Positions 40,567-53,299 of a stretch of 64,000 bases of DNA are shown piece by piece. Source of the DNA: Rhina ancylostomus (Eukaryota); assembly GCA_030265395.1 (NCBI GenBank), contig JARFYF010000084.1, positions 88,166,273 through 88,230,272 on the forward strand, in the 5' to 3' direction. Positions within the stretch are counted from its first letter, which is position 1, and every line of letters starts with the position of its first letter. A program made the position numbers and the translations under genes. The notes beneath the pieces were generated by a model, which was not told where the DNA came from, did no database searches, and was given only the letters and a program-made list of their open reading frames with translations.

Positions 40567-41007
40567 CTGGCAAGAACGGCAATAAAAAAGCAGTGAGGTT
40601 GGAGTCAAGGTAGAAACAAAAGGGCAAGGCCCATCATAAATAGTGGCAGCATCATGTATTTTCTGCAATGCCTTTAACATTCAAAATTGCCATTTCCTCA
40701 AGGACAAATGTCACAAGGGTTGAAATGCATTCAAAGGACTCAGTACTGTACTGTTGAAAATTGGGTCACCAAGAAGTTGAGCAATTTAAGACACACAGTT
40801 CTTGATGACTTACAACCTGTTAGTTTCTTCGTTTCTTGGCAGGATGTTCTTGCACTTTTCTCCAGCATAGAACTCGCCCAGGTAATGTCAAAAAGATCGA
40901 CCAAAATACAAGATACATCTTCAGTGAGATTTATTACTTCATTGGTCTGAAAAATGACAGTTATTATTTACTCATGGAACAACTAGATTTTACCAATGAA
41001 AAAGCAA

Positions 41008-41338
41008 AGAAAAAACTGCAGATGCTGGAAATCTGAAGCAACAATGGAAGTGCTGCATATACTCAGCAGATCAGCAACCTGTGTGGAGAGAGGAACAGAT
41101 TTAAATTTCAGATCCATGAGCTTTCATCAGAACTAGGAAAAGCTAGAAAACAACTTAGAAAATAAAACGCACACATTTTCTAATCCTTCCTAATTCTGAT
41201 GAAAGATCATCATTTTGGCATGTCCCTGTAAAATCTAGCTTCAAGGATTGTACCTGCTGTGTCACATGTTTTTCTCTTTCCACAATTATTGCTGGATATG
41301 CTAAGTATCTCCAACATTTCCTGTTTTTATTTCAAGTT
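41008..41338. repeat. Palindromic (MITE-like) repeat made of Penelope terminal sequence
   Basis: Inner inverted pair ctttcatcagaactaggaa / ttcctaattctgatgaaag. Outer arms atactcagcag / tgctaagtat. Confidence 0.75.
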
Positions 41339-44300
41339 TTATTAATGCCCGTTTCCCCCAAAACTGTGCTGTTTAAATGGTCCACGCTCGAACTGCGTCC
41401 TTTGTTCTCACTGTGATTTGTGACTTTCTATGACCTCAAGTACAACTCAAATGTACCCTGATTGCTTTGCCCATGGCGATCAGTGTCACAGTCACTCTCA
41501 TCTTCCTACACTCACATTCACTCCAAGTACTGCTGCCAGTCTCTCCCAGACAGCTCACAATAGGCTCTTCACTGCTGCATCCAATTGCCATAATGAAAGA
41601 GAGGTTTCACCTCCTTTTCCTTAAGCACACAAGACCAACTCTGCATTGCAGGCATCCCTGAAGTGTAGGCATTCAGAGATCAAATTCAAGTCTTTACAAA
41701 GTCTTCCCTGGTTACATCCTGCCAAAAGTGCCAGGTTGTAGCTTTGAGGATGTCCAAAGCCCTCTTGTGCAAAGAACATGTCTCCTATGTGCGCTCTCCT
41801 TCCCAGCCTGTCCAGGTTCATATGACCTTCTGGAAGCACTCTGCCACCCACCGTCGACATCAATACATTAGCCATTTATCACGAGCAATGCTCCTCAGTA
41901 ACTAGAAGAGTATTGTTTTTTATTCTAGTGTGTACTTTTATAAACTGGCTTCAGGGATCACACCTGCTGTGTTCCAAGATGGGAACCATGAAAACTTGCA
42001 ACTTCTCCACAGCAAACCTGACAGCAGAGTTCTGTAAAACTCAGGGTGAAAGTTCATAATGCTTATTCAACGTTCACAGACAATATTAGAGATTTTAGGA
42101 ATTATGTTTTAATGCCAAAAAATGCTATGTAACAACTCTGGGTCACCACATACACACATAGTTAAACAAGGTCTTCTGAGTTTTAAGTCATGCAGAATGC
42201 CAAAGAGGAAGAGACCAGCTACTTAGTTGAAAGGGCAATTTCATACTTTCAGTTATTTCCCCTTTGAGATTTTCCAACTTTGTCATTCAATTGCATTATG
42301 GTCATGACATCTTCCAGGCACAAGCATCCACAAAAAAACACAAATGTAAATGTTATCATCCAGGTTGCCAACATCCTGTCTGCTCCCTTAGAGCAACAAA
42401 GTCACAGATGCTTTCAGGACTGGGGATTCAGTTGCGCAGAACAACTGAGCTACCCATTTCAAAAAGGCAATAAATATACCAATTGTCTAACTGTAGCTTT
42501 ACAGTGGTCAGTTAGAAATGGGAAAGAATGATAGATGTTCATTTCAAGTGGGCTACTTCTTATGGATAAGCTTTGAATCTTCATATTCCATTGTCTAATT
42601 AACAGAATGACTTGGGGATCTTGCTGAGGAAACCACAACTTATCTTTCATATAATATATGAAAAAATTAAGGCACTGTGCTGATCATAGCACTTGAAAGG
42701 TGCATTTGTAGTGAAACACCAAACAGTATACAGAAAGTAGAGTCCACTTTCCCTGACATGGTTTGGTGTTTCATTCCACTGTGAATGCACCCTGTTCTAT
42801 TAAAAGTAGCATCTAACGCTATGATTATTGTTTAACTTTACAATTACTTTTCATCACTACAATATCTGATTTTTAAAAAAATTTGAACACATTAACACGT
42901 TGCGTGAAAACATAATTACATTCTTAGTTATAGATGCATATAATCACTGCATGACTGAATAATACAATTATTAACAGCTAAAAAATCTTTAAAGTATTTG
43001 CCTCAGTGTTTTATACTAGGTTCCAATAAAGCAGTGGGCAACAGAACACTTACGGGAAAGGAACTTGGCAATACATAAACTTTTAAATATATTCTTTATG
43101 AGGAATTTTCTAGCTAAAGTTTATGCAAAATATTAGACTTTTATGTATAGAAATTGAGACTCATTGAGGAGGCGATGGAAATTCTGGGTGTTTTCTGTCA
43201 TGCTGTGATTTACCCCTACCAAGCATCAGTGAATTTACATCATGAGGACTCTGAAGAGCTCTACTTTACTACAAACAAAAAGCATTTGCCTTTAGCCTTG
43301 ATTCTGGCCCAACCTTCAGAATATCCTTCCTGTTAATATGTCAGACAAGAGTAACCATGCATACTAAACCAACTATATTTTACCAAGTGAATACATATGT
43401 GAAATATAAGATCACATCGTTCCTTTTATTATATCAGCTGCCAACAGATTCTACAGCTGCTCTGAGTGAACGCATTAAAATCTATAAAAGCCATAGTGTG
43501 CTACAATACTTTTCAATGTGGAGACTGGATCACAGCCACATACACACTTTGTGTGAATATATTGCAAAAGTAAGTGTGTAACTTCTCAGTATTTGTATTT
43601 ATTTGTTGCATATAACCATTGCTGTAGCAGAAAGAGAGCAACATTGGCGAAACCAATATCATGGAACTAGGTACTCTGAAATACTAAAATGTTGTTTGTG
43701 TTTCACTTCACCTAGATCCATCTTTATTTTAAAGTACAAAATATTGTTTATGCTATTTATCCAGACTCTTATAGGTTACTATCAGTTATAATGTATATTT
43801 TACAGGACCACAGGGAAAGAGCTTTAATTTGTCACCAATTGTGTTTGTATGTAGCACATGATAAGTATTTATCAATTAACGTTTGATAATTCTTTAGAAT
43901 AATTGTTCCATTTTGAAAAATTCTACCAGTATTATTAATGAAAATTGTTACCCTATAACACTTATGTTACATCCAACTTTGAGTATAGACTGAAAAAAAA
44001 CAATGTACTTGTTGCTCATTTATAGCAGATAAATCTGACATTTTTATGCACTTGATTCTGGGGACAATGCAGAAGTTTAAATACACTTTCTGACTTTTGT
44101 AAAAAAAATTAAATTTAACAACAGAAAGGTTCAGTCAATAGTTGTTGACTTTAAATAATAAAATGTGAGTGGTGGTGATGGGTTAGTTTGCTGAGATCTA
44201 CACTGCTTGTGTGACAAACATTTGCAAGTGAATGTGCAGAGAGTATTATCTGTGAGCATACAACATCACCTTTCAATTCTGTCATGAAACTCTTAATCAA

Positions 44301-44556
44301 ATTAACTCAATCATCAATGCAGGTTCCAACACTGAAAGTACCTTGGCTCAAATGTGTTTGAATTGCTGTAATCTGTTTTAATTGAGTATTGAAAATTATT
44401 TTCCTAAATGTGCAATCAATCAGAGCAAAGCTACAAGCATATGATTTAGGCTCATACACCACTGAAAGAGCTCCCCCATGGCCCTGCACTTTGCTTGCCC
44501 TTTCTAGTCTTTCTTAAAATGTGCATGCATTGCCCTGTCTGGCAGTTTATGCCTAC

Positions 44557-44777
44557 CTGAAACTTTCAAAAAAATCATCTCCCTTCTGACACGTAATTGA
44601 AATTTTAAAATGTCTGAGAACACTGTTGAAAGTGCTTCTTAGTAACTGTGAATTTCCATCACGTTCCATGTCTCTTCTCCCTTTCTGCTGAGTCATGGCA
44701 CTATGGTGCACTGTTCTTTCTTTCGCCTCTCTCCCACGTGTAAAATTAGTGTGTAGTGGGACATGGTTTGGGGACAA
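44557..44777 (-). other. Candidate exon 2 of an unidentified minus-strand transcript
   Basis: ctgcag acceptor directly before 73 open codons; CAG|GTAGGC donor. No homology recognised. Confidence 0.35.
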
Positions 44778-46299
44778 CTGCAGCAGAGTTACACAAAATC
44801 CTCACCTATTACCATAATATTCATGTTTTAGCATGAATCTTGGCTCAATTTTCAGCACTTTGCCTGATTATGATGCTCCCTTGAATTTTTCCTCCATTTT
44901 ATTTCACTCGTTTCAATGTTTCTTGAAGATACAAGTAGTAACATTAATTTACTAATTACTGATTTTACCACCTGTATGTGCAAATTTAATACAAATTGTT
45001 CTACTATTACGGCCATTGTTGTATCTAGTGAAAATAAGCAAGTCATTAGCCACTTGAATAATACGAAGCATTGATTTTTTTTGAAGTAAGCATCTCCTTA
45101 AGGGACTCTTGTATTTAATTTAACTTCAAAATAATGTAAAGAAATGTCTTATTGTTCTTAGTCTCAATACTGCTAACAGAAAGAAAATGTTGGTGCTAAT
45201 ATTTACTACTTATACTAGAGAAGTAAGTCTGCGTGGATTTTTTTCCTCACCCTCCCAATTTTGCTTTCATTTTACATGCCAACTTCTTGCTAACAGGATG
45301 ATTTACCTATTTATTTACTGTGCCTTACAATGGTACCATCTGGAGATGGATGTGGGGTGCATGACAAATTCAGTCACTCTCTGTGGGGAAGCATGACAGC
45401 CTTTGTAATTATAGCTTATGGTGACTGTAACTAATATTGAGGACACTTGAAACGAAATAGGATCCAAGTCCTTAGAAGCAATTAATTGAGCCAACACTAC
45501 AATCAACTGTATTTTTAAAACCATTGTGGCAGAAGCTTGAAGAAACCCCAGGAGAATGGCCACCTTACTATGTGGATGTCATATTTTATTATAATATCAC
45601 CAATAACCACAACTTTCCAATGTACTGCATTCCATTAAAAAGCATTTACCAGAATACATATTGGATCCTGCACAGATCATAAAAATTGCACTTCAGGCCA
45701 AGACATCTGTACCAATGACAATTCAGCAATATGAGCTTGTTTTAGTTAACACGCAGGAGTCAGTTTTTCGTAGTAATCAGCCACTGGTTGTGTTGGACTC
45801 GTGCGCTTTCCTATGATTATAGCAGTCAGATAAGGGGTCATGCACATAAATGTTCACTTATAAGCTAACAATAAAATCCCAGGTAAATTTAACGTTTAAC
45901 CCACGTTCATGTTATTTGCTTTCAGCTTTTCAAAAGCAACTTCAGTTTTTTAGAAATAACGTGACTCGAAGTAAGAAATAGACTTTGAAAATAAAATATT
46001 GATTTTTAAATTCATATTCTTGCAATTGGCATCACGATTTGTTATGGTGAAGCTGTGAATATATTCAAGGAGATACTATTGGCATGTCGTTTAAAAACTT
46101 TTTTTCAAATTTAATCAAATTTGGCAAGGTCTATGATGAAAAACAACATTGCCAAAATCCAATCCCTATAGTTATAAGAAAGAATGCTGTAAGGCCTTCT
46201 GCTATTAATGGGGCTGGGGTTCTTGGAGATAATGAAGTTTATTTTTACCTCTGTTTAGAAAGCAGGAAGTGAATTGAAATGGATAGCATTAAACACCAT

Positions 46300-46830
46300 T
46301 AGTTGTTCACGAACGAGCCATCTGCACCACAGAATGACTTTACCTCACTGCAGTGAACATTTGATGCACTTTCTGCACACTCACCATTTCCCGGGATGTC
46401 TAGGTACACAGTGCTCAGTGCTACTGATGCATCAGTTGAGGTTAGCGTGGGTTGCTATTGGATAATAAGGTCGCGTCTCCTGCCCCGCTCCACTGGCCGC
46501 TATTGGAAAGCGAGCCAGAGGCTCGTCGCCGACGCTCCCCGCCGCTGTTATTGGTGCGGAGGGTGGCAGCTGCTACCTGCTGTGGTTTTCCCTCCAAAAG
46601 AAGCGGCCATCATTAAGGCGTGGTTGCCAATCCCCGGAGCTTCTGGGCTCAATTTGGCTTGACTTCATACCAGTGTGGTTTCTCTATACGCCGCCCAAAT
46701 CTCCGAGGACCTCGAGATCAAGGCTGCTGGCTGCCGCTGTTGGCCGATTATCCTCCACACACAATGTGAAGCCTTTCTTGTTGGGTTCATGCTTCTCTGT
46801 TGAGCGTTCACGTCCCTGTCTAATCAAGCT
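46300..46830. promoter_or_regulatory. CpG-rich promoter-like element
   Basis: Local CpG enrichment in CpG-poor DNA. ATTGG at 46457, 46502 and 46550; CCAAT at 46627; GC-box-like ccccgc; YY1-like gcggccatcatt near 46602; X-box-like gttgctattggataa at 46451. Confidence 0.65.
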
Positions 46831-47239
46831 CGACGTGTGGTTATATCAAAAACATGAATCATACGAAATATCTCCAAAGTTAAATAATTTGGAATGAAAA
46901 TCTTCGTAATTTCATTGCAATGATGTTTCTGCATTGCGTGGACATATGAGAGTAGGTTATAGGGAAACCTTAGCATGCGAAGCACATTTGTTTTTTTAAC
47001 CGTCCTCTGTGAGTGTTCCGATGGTTGATAACTTCTCTGTACCATTTTCATCATGCATCTGCCAGTTAGTGAACTACTGCACACAGTGGTTTGATAACTC
47101 CGCGGTATGTACTTAGTGCCAGACATGACACAGATAGCACCAAGTTCTAAGCCAGGACGTTCTGGATGTAATATCCCTTTCTGGATATCAAAGCTCAGAA
47201 CTCCAGACCGAGCGTTGCAAAACATATTTGAATAACAAT

Positions 47240-47500
47240 CTGAACTGAGGCCCTCTCTACTCTTTCAAATGGAATCAATAAGATAGTCCTTCGAAATAGT
47301 GCTGAAGAATTGTTCCTGATGTCCTGGCCGATACTTATCCTTGGCTCAGCATGACTAAACAAAAATAGCTGGACCTTATAATACAGTTTATGGGAGCTTG
47401 CTTTGTACAGATTGGATACTTTTCCAACANNNNNNNNNNNNNNNNNNNNNNNNNNNNNNNNNNNNNNNNNNNNNNNNCTGAATGGGATGTGAAAGGTCCC
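47240..47500 (+). mobile_element. Deu-domain SINE remnant (SacSINE1/AmnSINE-like)
   Basis: gaggccctctctactct...gtcctggccgatacttatcc...tttatgggagcttgct resembles the Deu domain as recalled. Confidence 0.6.
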
Positions 47501-47599
47501 ATTTATGTGTTACTTCATCCAGTCCTGAGCACATATAGTTAGTAGATTAAATAGAATTTATAGGAAAATTGAGCAAGGCATCTGTGCTGGTATTTATAT

Positions 47600-48720
47600 T
47601 CCACAGGAGCTTCCTGCCACCCAATCTTATCAAATCCTATCAGTATATCCCAATAATTGTTTTCTCCCTCATGTGCTTAACTAAATTCCCATGTCCTCTT
47701 CAACTGCTTCATGTGGCAGTAAGTTTCACATTATAACAACTCTCAGAGTGAAAGATGTTCTCATGAATTCTTTATTTGATTTATTGATCTCCAGTATTTG
47801 TATGGACGCTAGCCTTTTCAATTCCACAACTGGAAATTACTTATCAATTCCCTTCTAAATTTCAAAGAGGTTAAGTAGATCATTCCAAATATTTTTTTTC
47901 CTGGAGAAATGATAACTACCCTGTTCAATCTTTCCTGATAGTCATAAATTTTCTGTTCTCTTTTTTTCTCTTCTGCAGTTCCTCTTATTTCTACCATAAA
48001 GATGAAAACTGTGCCTGTGGTCTTAAGAGTCATCTCACCTTTAGTATAACTTTTCTACTTTTCAGTTCTTTTTCCCTGAAAAGATATGCCAGTTTTTTTA
48101 TTTGCATTACTGTCCTATTAACATTTTGTTGTTTTAGTGAGTTTTAATTATTTGGCTCCAGATCCCTTTCTTTGTCCTGTTTAGACTCTTAATTTCCAAG
48201 AAGTATGTGCTTTTTCCAATCTATTCCTCCTACTAAAATGCACCATATCACACTTCCTTATATTAAAATTCATGTATCATNNNNNNNNNNNNNNNNNNNN
48301 NNNNNNNNNNNNNNNNNNNNNNNNNNNNNNNNNNNNNNNNNNNNNNNNNNNNNNNNNNNNNNNNNNNNNNNNNNNNNNNNTAAATACCCATTCTGTCAAT
48401 TTATTAACACCTTCTTGCACTTTGTCACAGTCTTCCTCAGCATTAGTTTACTCCCTAATTCTGTGCCATCTTCACACTTTGAAAATATACTTCAGATTCA
48501 GAGATGTAATAGTTTGATTATGTGGTGAGCAGCAGTGGTCCCAGCACTGATCTCCGTTGACATTCTGTGTTCTGCCTGTGTGAATTAAATCACTACATTT
48601 AATCTCTACTCTTTTTTCAGTTCTTTTCTCTCTCTGTCGCCTTGCTGCCTATTCTGCTATGTATTCTTTGATGTCATATATCCTGAACTTGATCAACAAT
48701 CTAAATGTGTCTCTTACAAA
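47600..48720 (-). mobile_element. Old CR1 remnant
   Basis: Diverged CR1 segments, for example agcagtggtcccagcactgatc (the SVLGPLL region) and a 3' UTR-like left end. Confidence 0.55.
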
Positions 48721-50439
48721 TAAAGTTTTTAAGTTTTTAATAAATGGAAAAGAAAGAAATCAAGAATATTGAAGTACTGGTGGATTTTTAAAATACGTTA
48801 AATATTTTGAAATCCCAGATGACTACTCTTAATTATAAGTTTACTTAAAAAAGTGTTTTACCTACCAAATCTTTGATTAACAATTCTATTGCCTCTTCTG
48901 TTATTGACAATGAGTGAACCTGTCCATGGTTCAGACTTCAGGACCATGTCTCATTTTAAATATAGGAATTACATTTGATATCCTTCATTCCAATGGCCCT
49001 ATGCTATATTTGCAGATAAGCAACAGTGTCTCCATTGTTTCTTCCTTAGTTTCAATGACACATGTAATGGAATTCCAATTTTACAAACATGTCAGATACA
49101 AGATTTTGAAGTACATACATGCTTCAGTTGATAAACCACTGAATGCATCTAGGTGTATTTTATGAATTCTGAAATGCACACATGTATAGTAGTCTCCTGA
49201 ATATATCCAAATCTAATTTGAAAGACCTCTGAGTTTATTCATGTGTCTGTTAGTAGATATTCAAATGAATGCCAAAGTGTAGCAGATTATAGATGTACAT
49301 GTCCCAGCTGTTAAACCTCTAAATGCGATACTTGGTGGAGCACCTTCACTACAGTTTTAATTCGTACTGGTAAGGACAAAGGCGGTGGCGATTTATGAGA
49401 ATGGTGACTAACAAGACCATAAGTTCAAAGAAAAGCGATGAGCAATTTTTAAGAAATACCCTATTGAGCTGGGACATCTATAACCTTTAAGAAATGAATA
49501 TTTTGCAGACAGATAGGAAATCCAGTCACAACCACCCGCAAACGTAGATGTAAGGCACGATATTGATTTAGTTCTTGAGCATTCCTGACTTTAAAGTACT
49601 CGAAAAGCCAATCCTGCCATAGCAATTGTAGTGACAAGACGTCGTACGGTTGTCTGTGATGAGATATGAAGCAATACTGCTGCCAGTGGTAAGTAGAAAA
49701 AAATATTCTACCTCACCTGCTTTAATAGTAATGGGGCATTTGCGGGGTCATCGACCGTGAACGCTGTTACACGTTGCTTTAAAATATTTCTGTATAGATA
49801 TATGCTTCTGGTTTGTGCAGCAAATGATGCCTGACAATTAATACAAGATGCAAGAAGAAAGAACCCAAGGGAAATACTCTCACTTAATTGTCAGATCGTT
49901 TTGAAGCGTTTGCATCTCTTATAAATCATGATATATCCTGGGCAAACTGAACTGGAAGAAGTGTGTAAATGTTGGAAGTAAAACACACATTTGAACACCT
50001 AGATACACGCACGTACTTTTAACACGCATTTTAATGAAACCCTTGAGCACTCTATATTAACTGTATAAAATCGGTAAAAATCATCCCATTAAAATTTACC
50101 TACTTATCAATTTGAGAACCTAACCCTTGGAAGACTTTTCCTGACTTCCCTTGGTCCAACGCTAGAAATAACCTTGGTAGATTAGGGAGCAATGACAAAA
50201 CCCCCAAAACACCAAAACACAACCGAGATTACGGGACTGGAAAAAAGAGCTTAGTGCTTAAAATAGGCCACCCGTGTTATTGAATAGAGCAATGCCAGGT
50301 GTGTTTATTTGCACAGTTATATCTTTTCCTGTTTTTGTCTGTACTTTTTTGTGATGTCACCTCAGGAATTATCGCTGCAAAGGTGGGCGCCCAAACCTTC
50401 GCTCTTCTCAATAACAATGGAAAATAAAATATATTTTAA

Positions 50440-50640
50440 AAAAATACCAGAAAACGCTGGAAACGTTCAGCAAATCAGGCAGTACCTGTGGAAAGAAAAA
50501 CAGAGTTAACATTTAGGGTCGAAGACCCTTTGTCAGAATCGTTCTGACGAAGGGTCTTCTGAAATCTAACCTTTTTCTTTTTCCACATTTTGCCTGACCT
50601 GTTGAGCATATTCAATTTTCCAGCATCCGCAGTTCCTTTG
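50440..50640. repeat. Palindromic (MITE-like) repeat with paired hammerhead-like cores
   Basis: Central inverted pair gaagaccctttgtcagaa / ttctgacgaagggtcttc. Outer arms ttcagcaaatcaggca / tgcctgacctgttgag. Confidence 0.8.
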
Positions 50641-51866
50641 ATTTTTATTTACTGAAAATTATATGTATGTGCGTGTGCGGGCTATTCTCTTTTGATTTAC
50701 TTTTTAGGAAAATATCAGTAATGTGCAGGAAATCCTCCTTTGGCAATTTCTCACCATTCATTAGCAAATGGTTCTGTCACCCTTTGCGATCAGCCCATCG
50801 CATTTTATCAGACGGTACAAAAATTCTCATTTTTCATAATACAAGCAGATTTGGAAAGCAAAGAGAACTTACCTGTAAAAAAAAAGCTCTCTTGAATTTT
50901 ACATGAAATGCTTTGCTCCAGATAGGAAAAAAGAAACTGAAGGAGCCTTTTGCTCTGCTAAATAATTTCTTTTTTAAGACAAAAATAACTTACCATCAAT
51001 AATTCTTCTCTTTTAATTTTGTACAAAATGAGTAGCCTGCAGTAAAACTTTCATAAAGGTAACTTAGATCAATGGTTTATCAATGATAACTTTAATCAAC
51101 AATATTCAGTTCTGAACAAATCCAAAGTGGATGTCTTTGCATTTACGCTGGCATTATATTATTGCAGTATATACAAAATTAGTTGTGCTTTTCGTTAAAC
51201 TTAGTTCTTTGGCATATTCTTACAGATATACTTTTCCATTGTTTTTCTTTTTAATAGGTGAATTAATATTCAGTGGTTTTAGAACATTTATAAATTATAC
51301 TAAAGTGATTGAAAAAGTTTATTTCAACTTTATTGATGCTGTATGCATATTTTCCAATTCTGTCTGCATGGTTTAATATAAATAACACACCAACATGCAG
51401 TATATACAGTATATATCTGTCTTTTGTGAAATTGTGAAAAGGAAATGTCCATCAATTATTTAAGACTATTAGTTGCCATTCCTGCTCTGGCCTCTCTGTC
51501 CTTATCCATAACTATTCAGATGAACCACTACCACAGTCAGCTCTCGGGACATTATGCTATCTTTTGACCAGGCACTTCATAATCTTTTGGATTTAACAAT
51601 AATCTTAATAATGTCAGAAGTCCTGCCCCTTTATTAGGCAGCAACTGTTGTCATTTACTCTGCCTTGTTTATTTACTTGTCCTGTTACAAACTCCTTTTG
51701 TCTTGTACATTATCCCCTCCATCTTTAATCTCCTTCCTACCCTTCTGCTCTATAAAATATCTTCCCTTTATCTTCTCCTTCTCCCAGGAAAGCATTTTAA
51801 TGATCAATTCTAAAGTCACAAAAACATGAATGAGGGTTTCATCAGCAGACCAGCTTTTGCAGGGAC

Positions 51867-52263
51867 TATCATGGTTCTGAGTACTGGCCTTTGATTTGGC
51901 TCCTGAGATGCCTTGCTGTCCAGCACATGAATTCCATGCTGGACTGATTGCATAATGACACACACCTGAGCCCCATCAGGGGCCTAGCATAAGTACCTGG
52001 ATTTCTCTAGCACAAGTTGCCAGAGTATTGGTCTACCTTTGGCTCCTGGCAGCTTAGAGTGGTCTACTCTAGAGCAGTCCTGTGTTCTCTATTCCTGTTT
52101 GAAGATTCAGTTTGTGTTGGGCTTCCTACTCAGATCTCTGAGGCAAGATTCCTTCCTGCTGCTTCTGGTGTTTGGTCCTGAGGAAGTATCCTGACTCCAG
52201 TCCTGTACCAGTCTGCTGCATTTGGGTTCTCTGTGAGCTTGCTCTTTGCTCAACATTGTGACA
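51867..52263 (+). mobile_element. Solo LTR-like element (family B)
   Basis: Starts tatcatgg (tgtcatgg in the other copies) and ends tgtgaca; 397 bp. No target-site duplication seen. Confidence 0.65.
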
Positions 52264-52266
52264 GAG

Positions 52267-52415
52267 TACTCTGGCAACTAGTGCTAGAGAAACCCAGGTA
52301 CTTATGCTAGGCCCCTGATGGGGCTCAAGTGTGTGTCATTATACAATCAGTCCAGCATGGAGTCCATATGCTGTACAACAAACCAAATCAAGGGCCAGTA
52401 CTCAGAACCATGACA
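52267..52415 (-). mobile_element. Inverted copy of the 5' part of the family-B LTR
   Basis: Reverse complement of 51867-52027 with several substitutions and a small deletion; ends ccatgaca. Confidence 0.85.
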
Positions 52416-52489
52416 CCATGGCAATGCCTCCTGTAGATGCTTTCGATGGTGGGGAGGGCTGTGCCCGTGACGGTCATGCACCTTCCTGC

Positions 52490-52999
<510 letters not shown>

Positions 53000-53299
53000 T
53001 AATTCTACAAAAGCACCCCAAAGAGCTCCAGATGTGGAAATATCTAAGTGTGGGTGACAAGTTTTTAAATAAAGGAATGCATCTCTCCTCGGTCGTTTCC
53101 CATTCCTTTCCCTGTACTTTCAGTCACTCCCCAAGGAGACTTCCCAGAACAAGGGGTGGGGAGAATCAATGATCGCTTCCTGTTTCTTTTCAAATGCTTC
53201 TGGTAAATGAGATGCTGTTTTTCCGGTCTGCTTCAGTGTTTACCAAACCCCACGCCCAGGAATTGCAGAAGCTGCTTTATTTATTGAAGACACTGGATT

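Noticed and set aside
53101-53150. tttcag|tcactcccca resembling the next EBF exon (LITPHAIR)
   Set aside because: The similarity ends after about 10 nt, the phase is wrong and the translation is unrelated.
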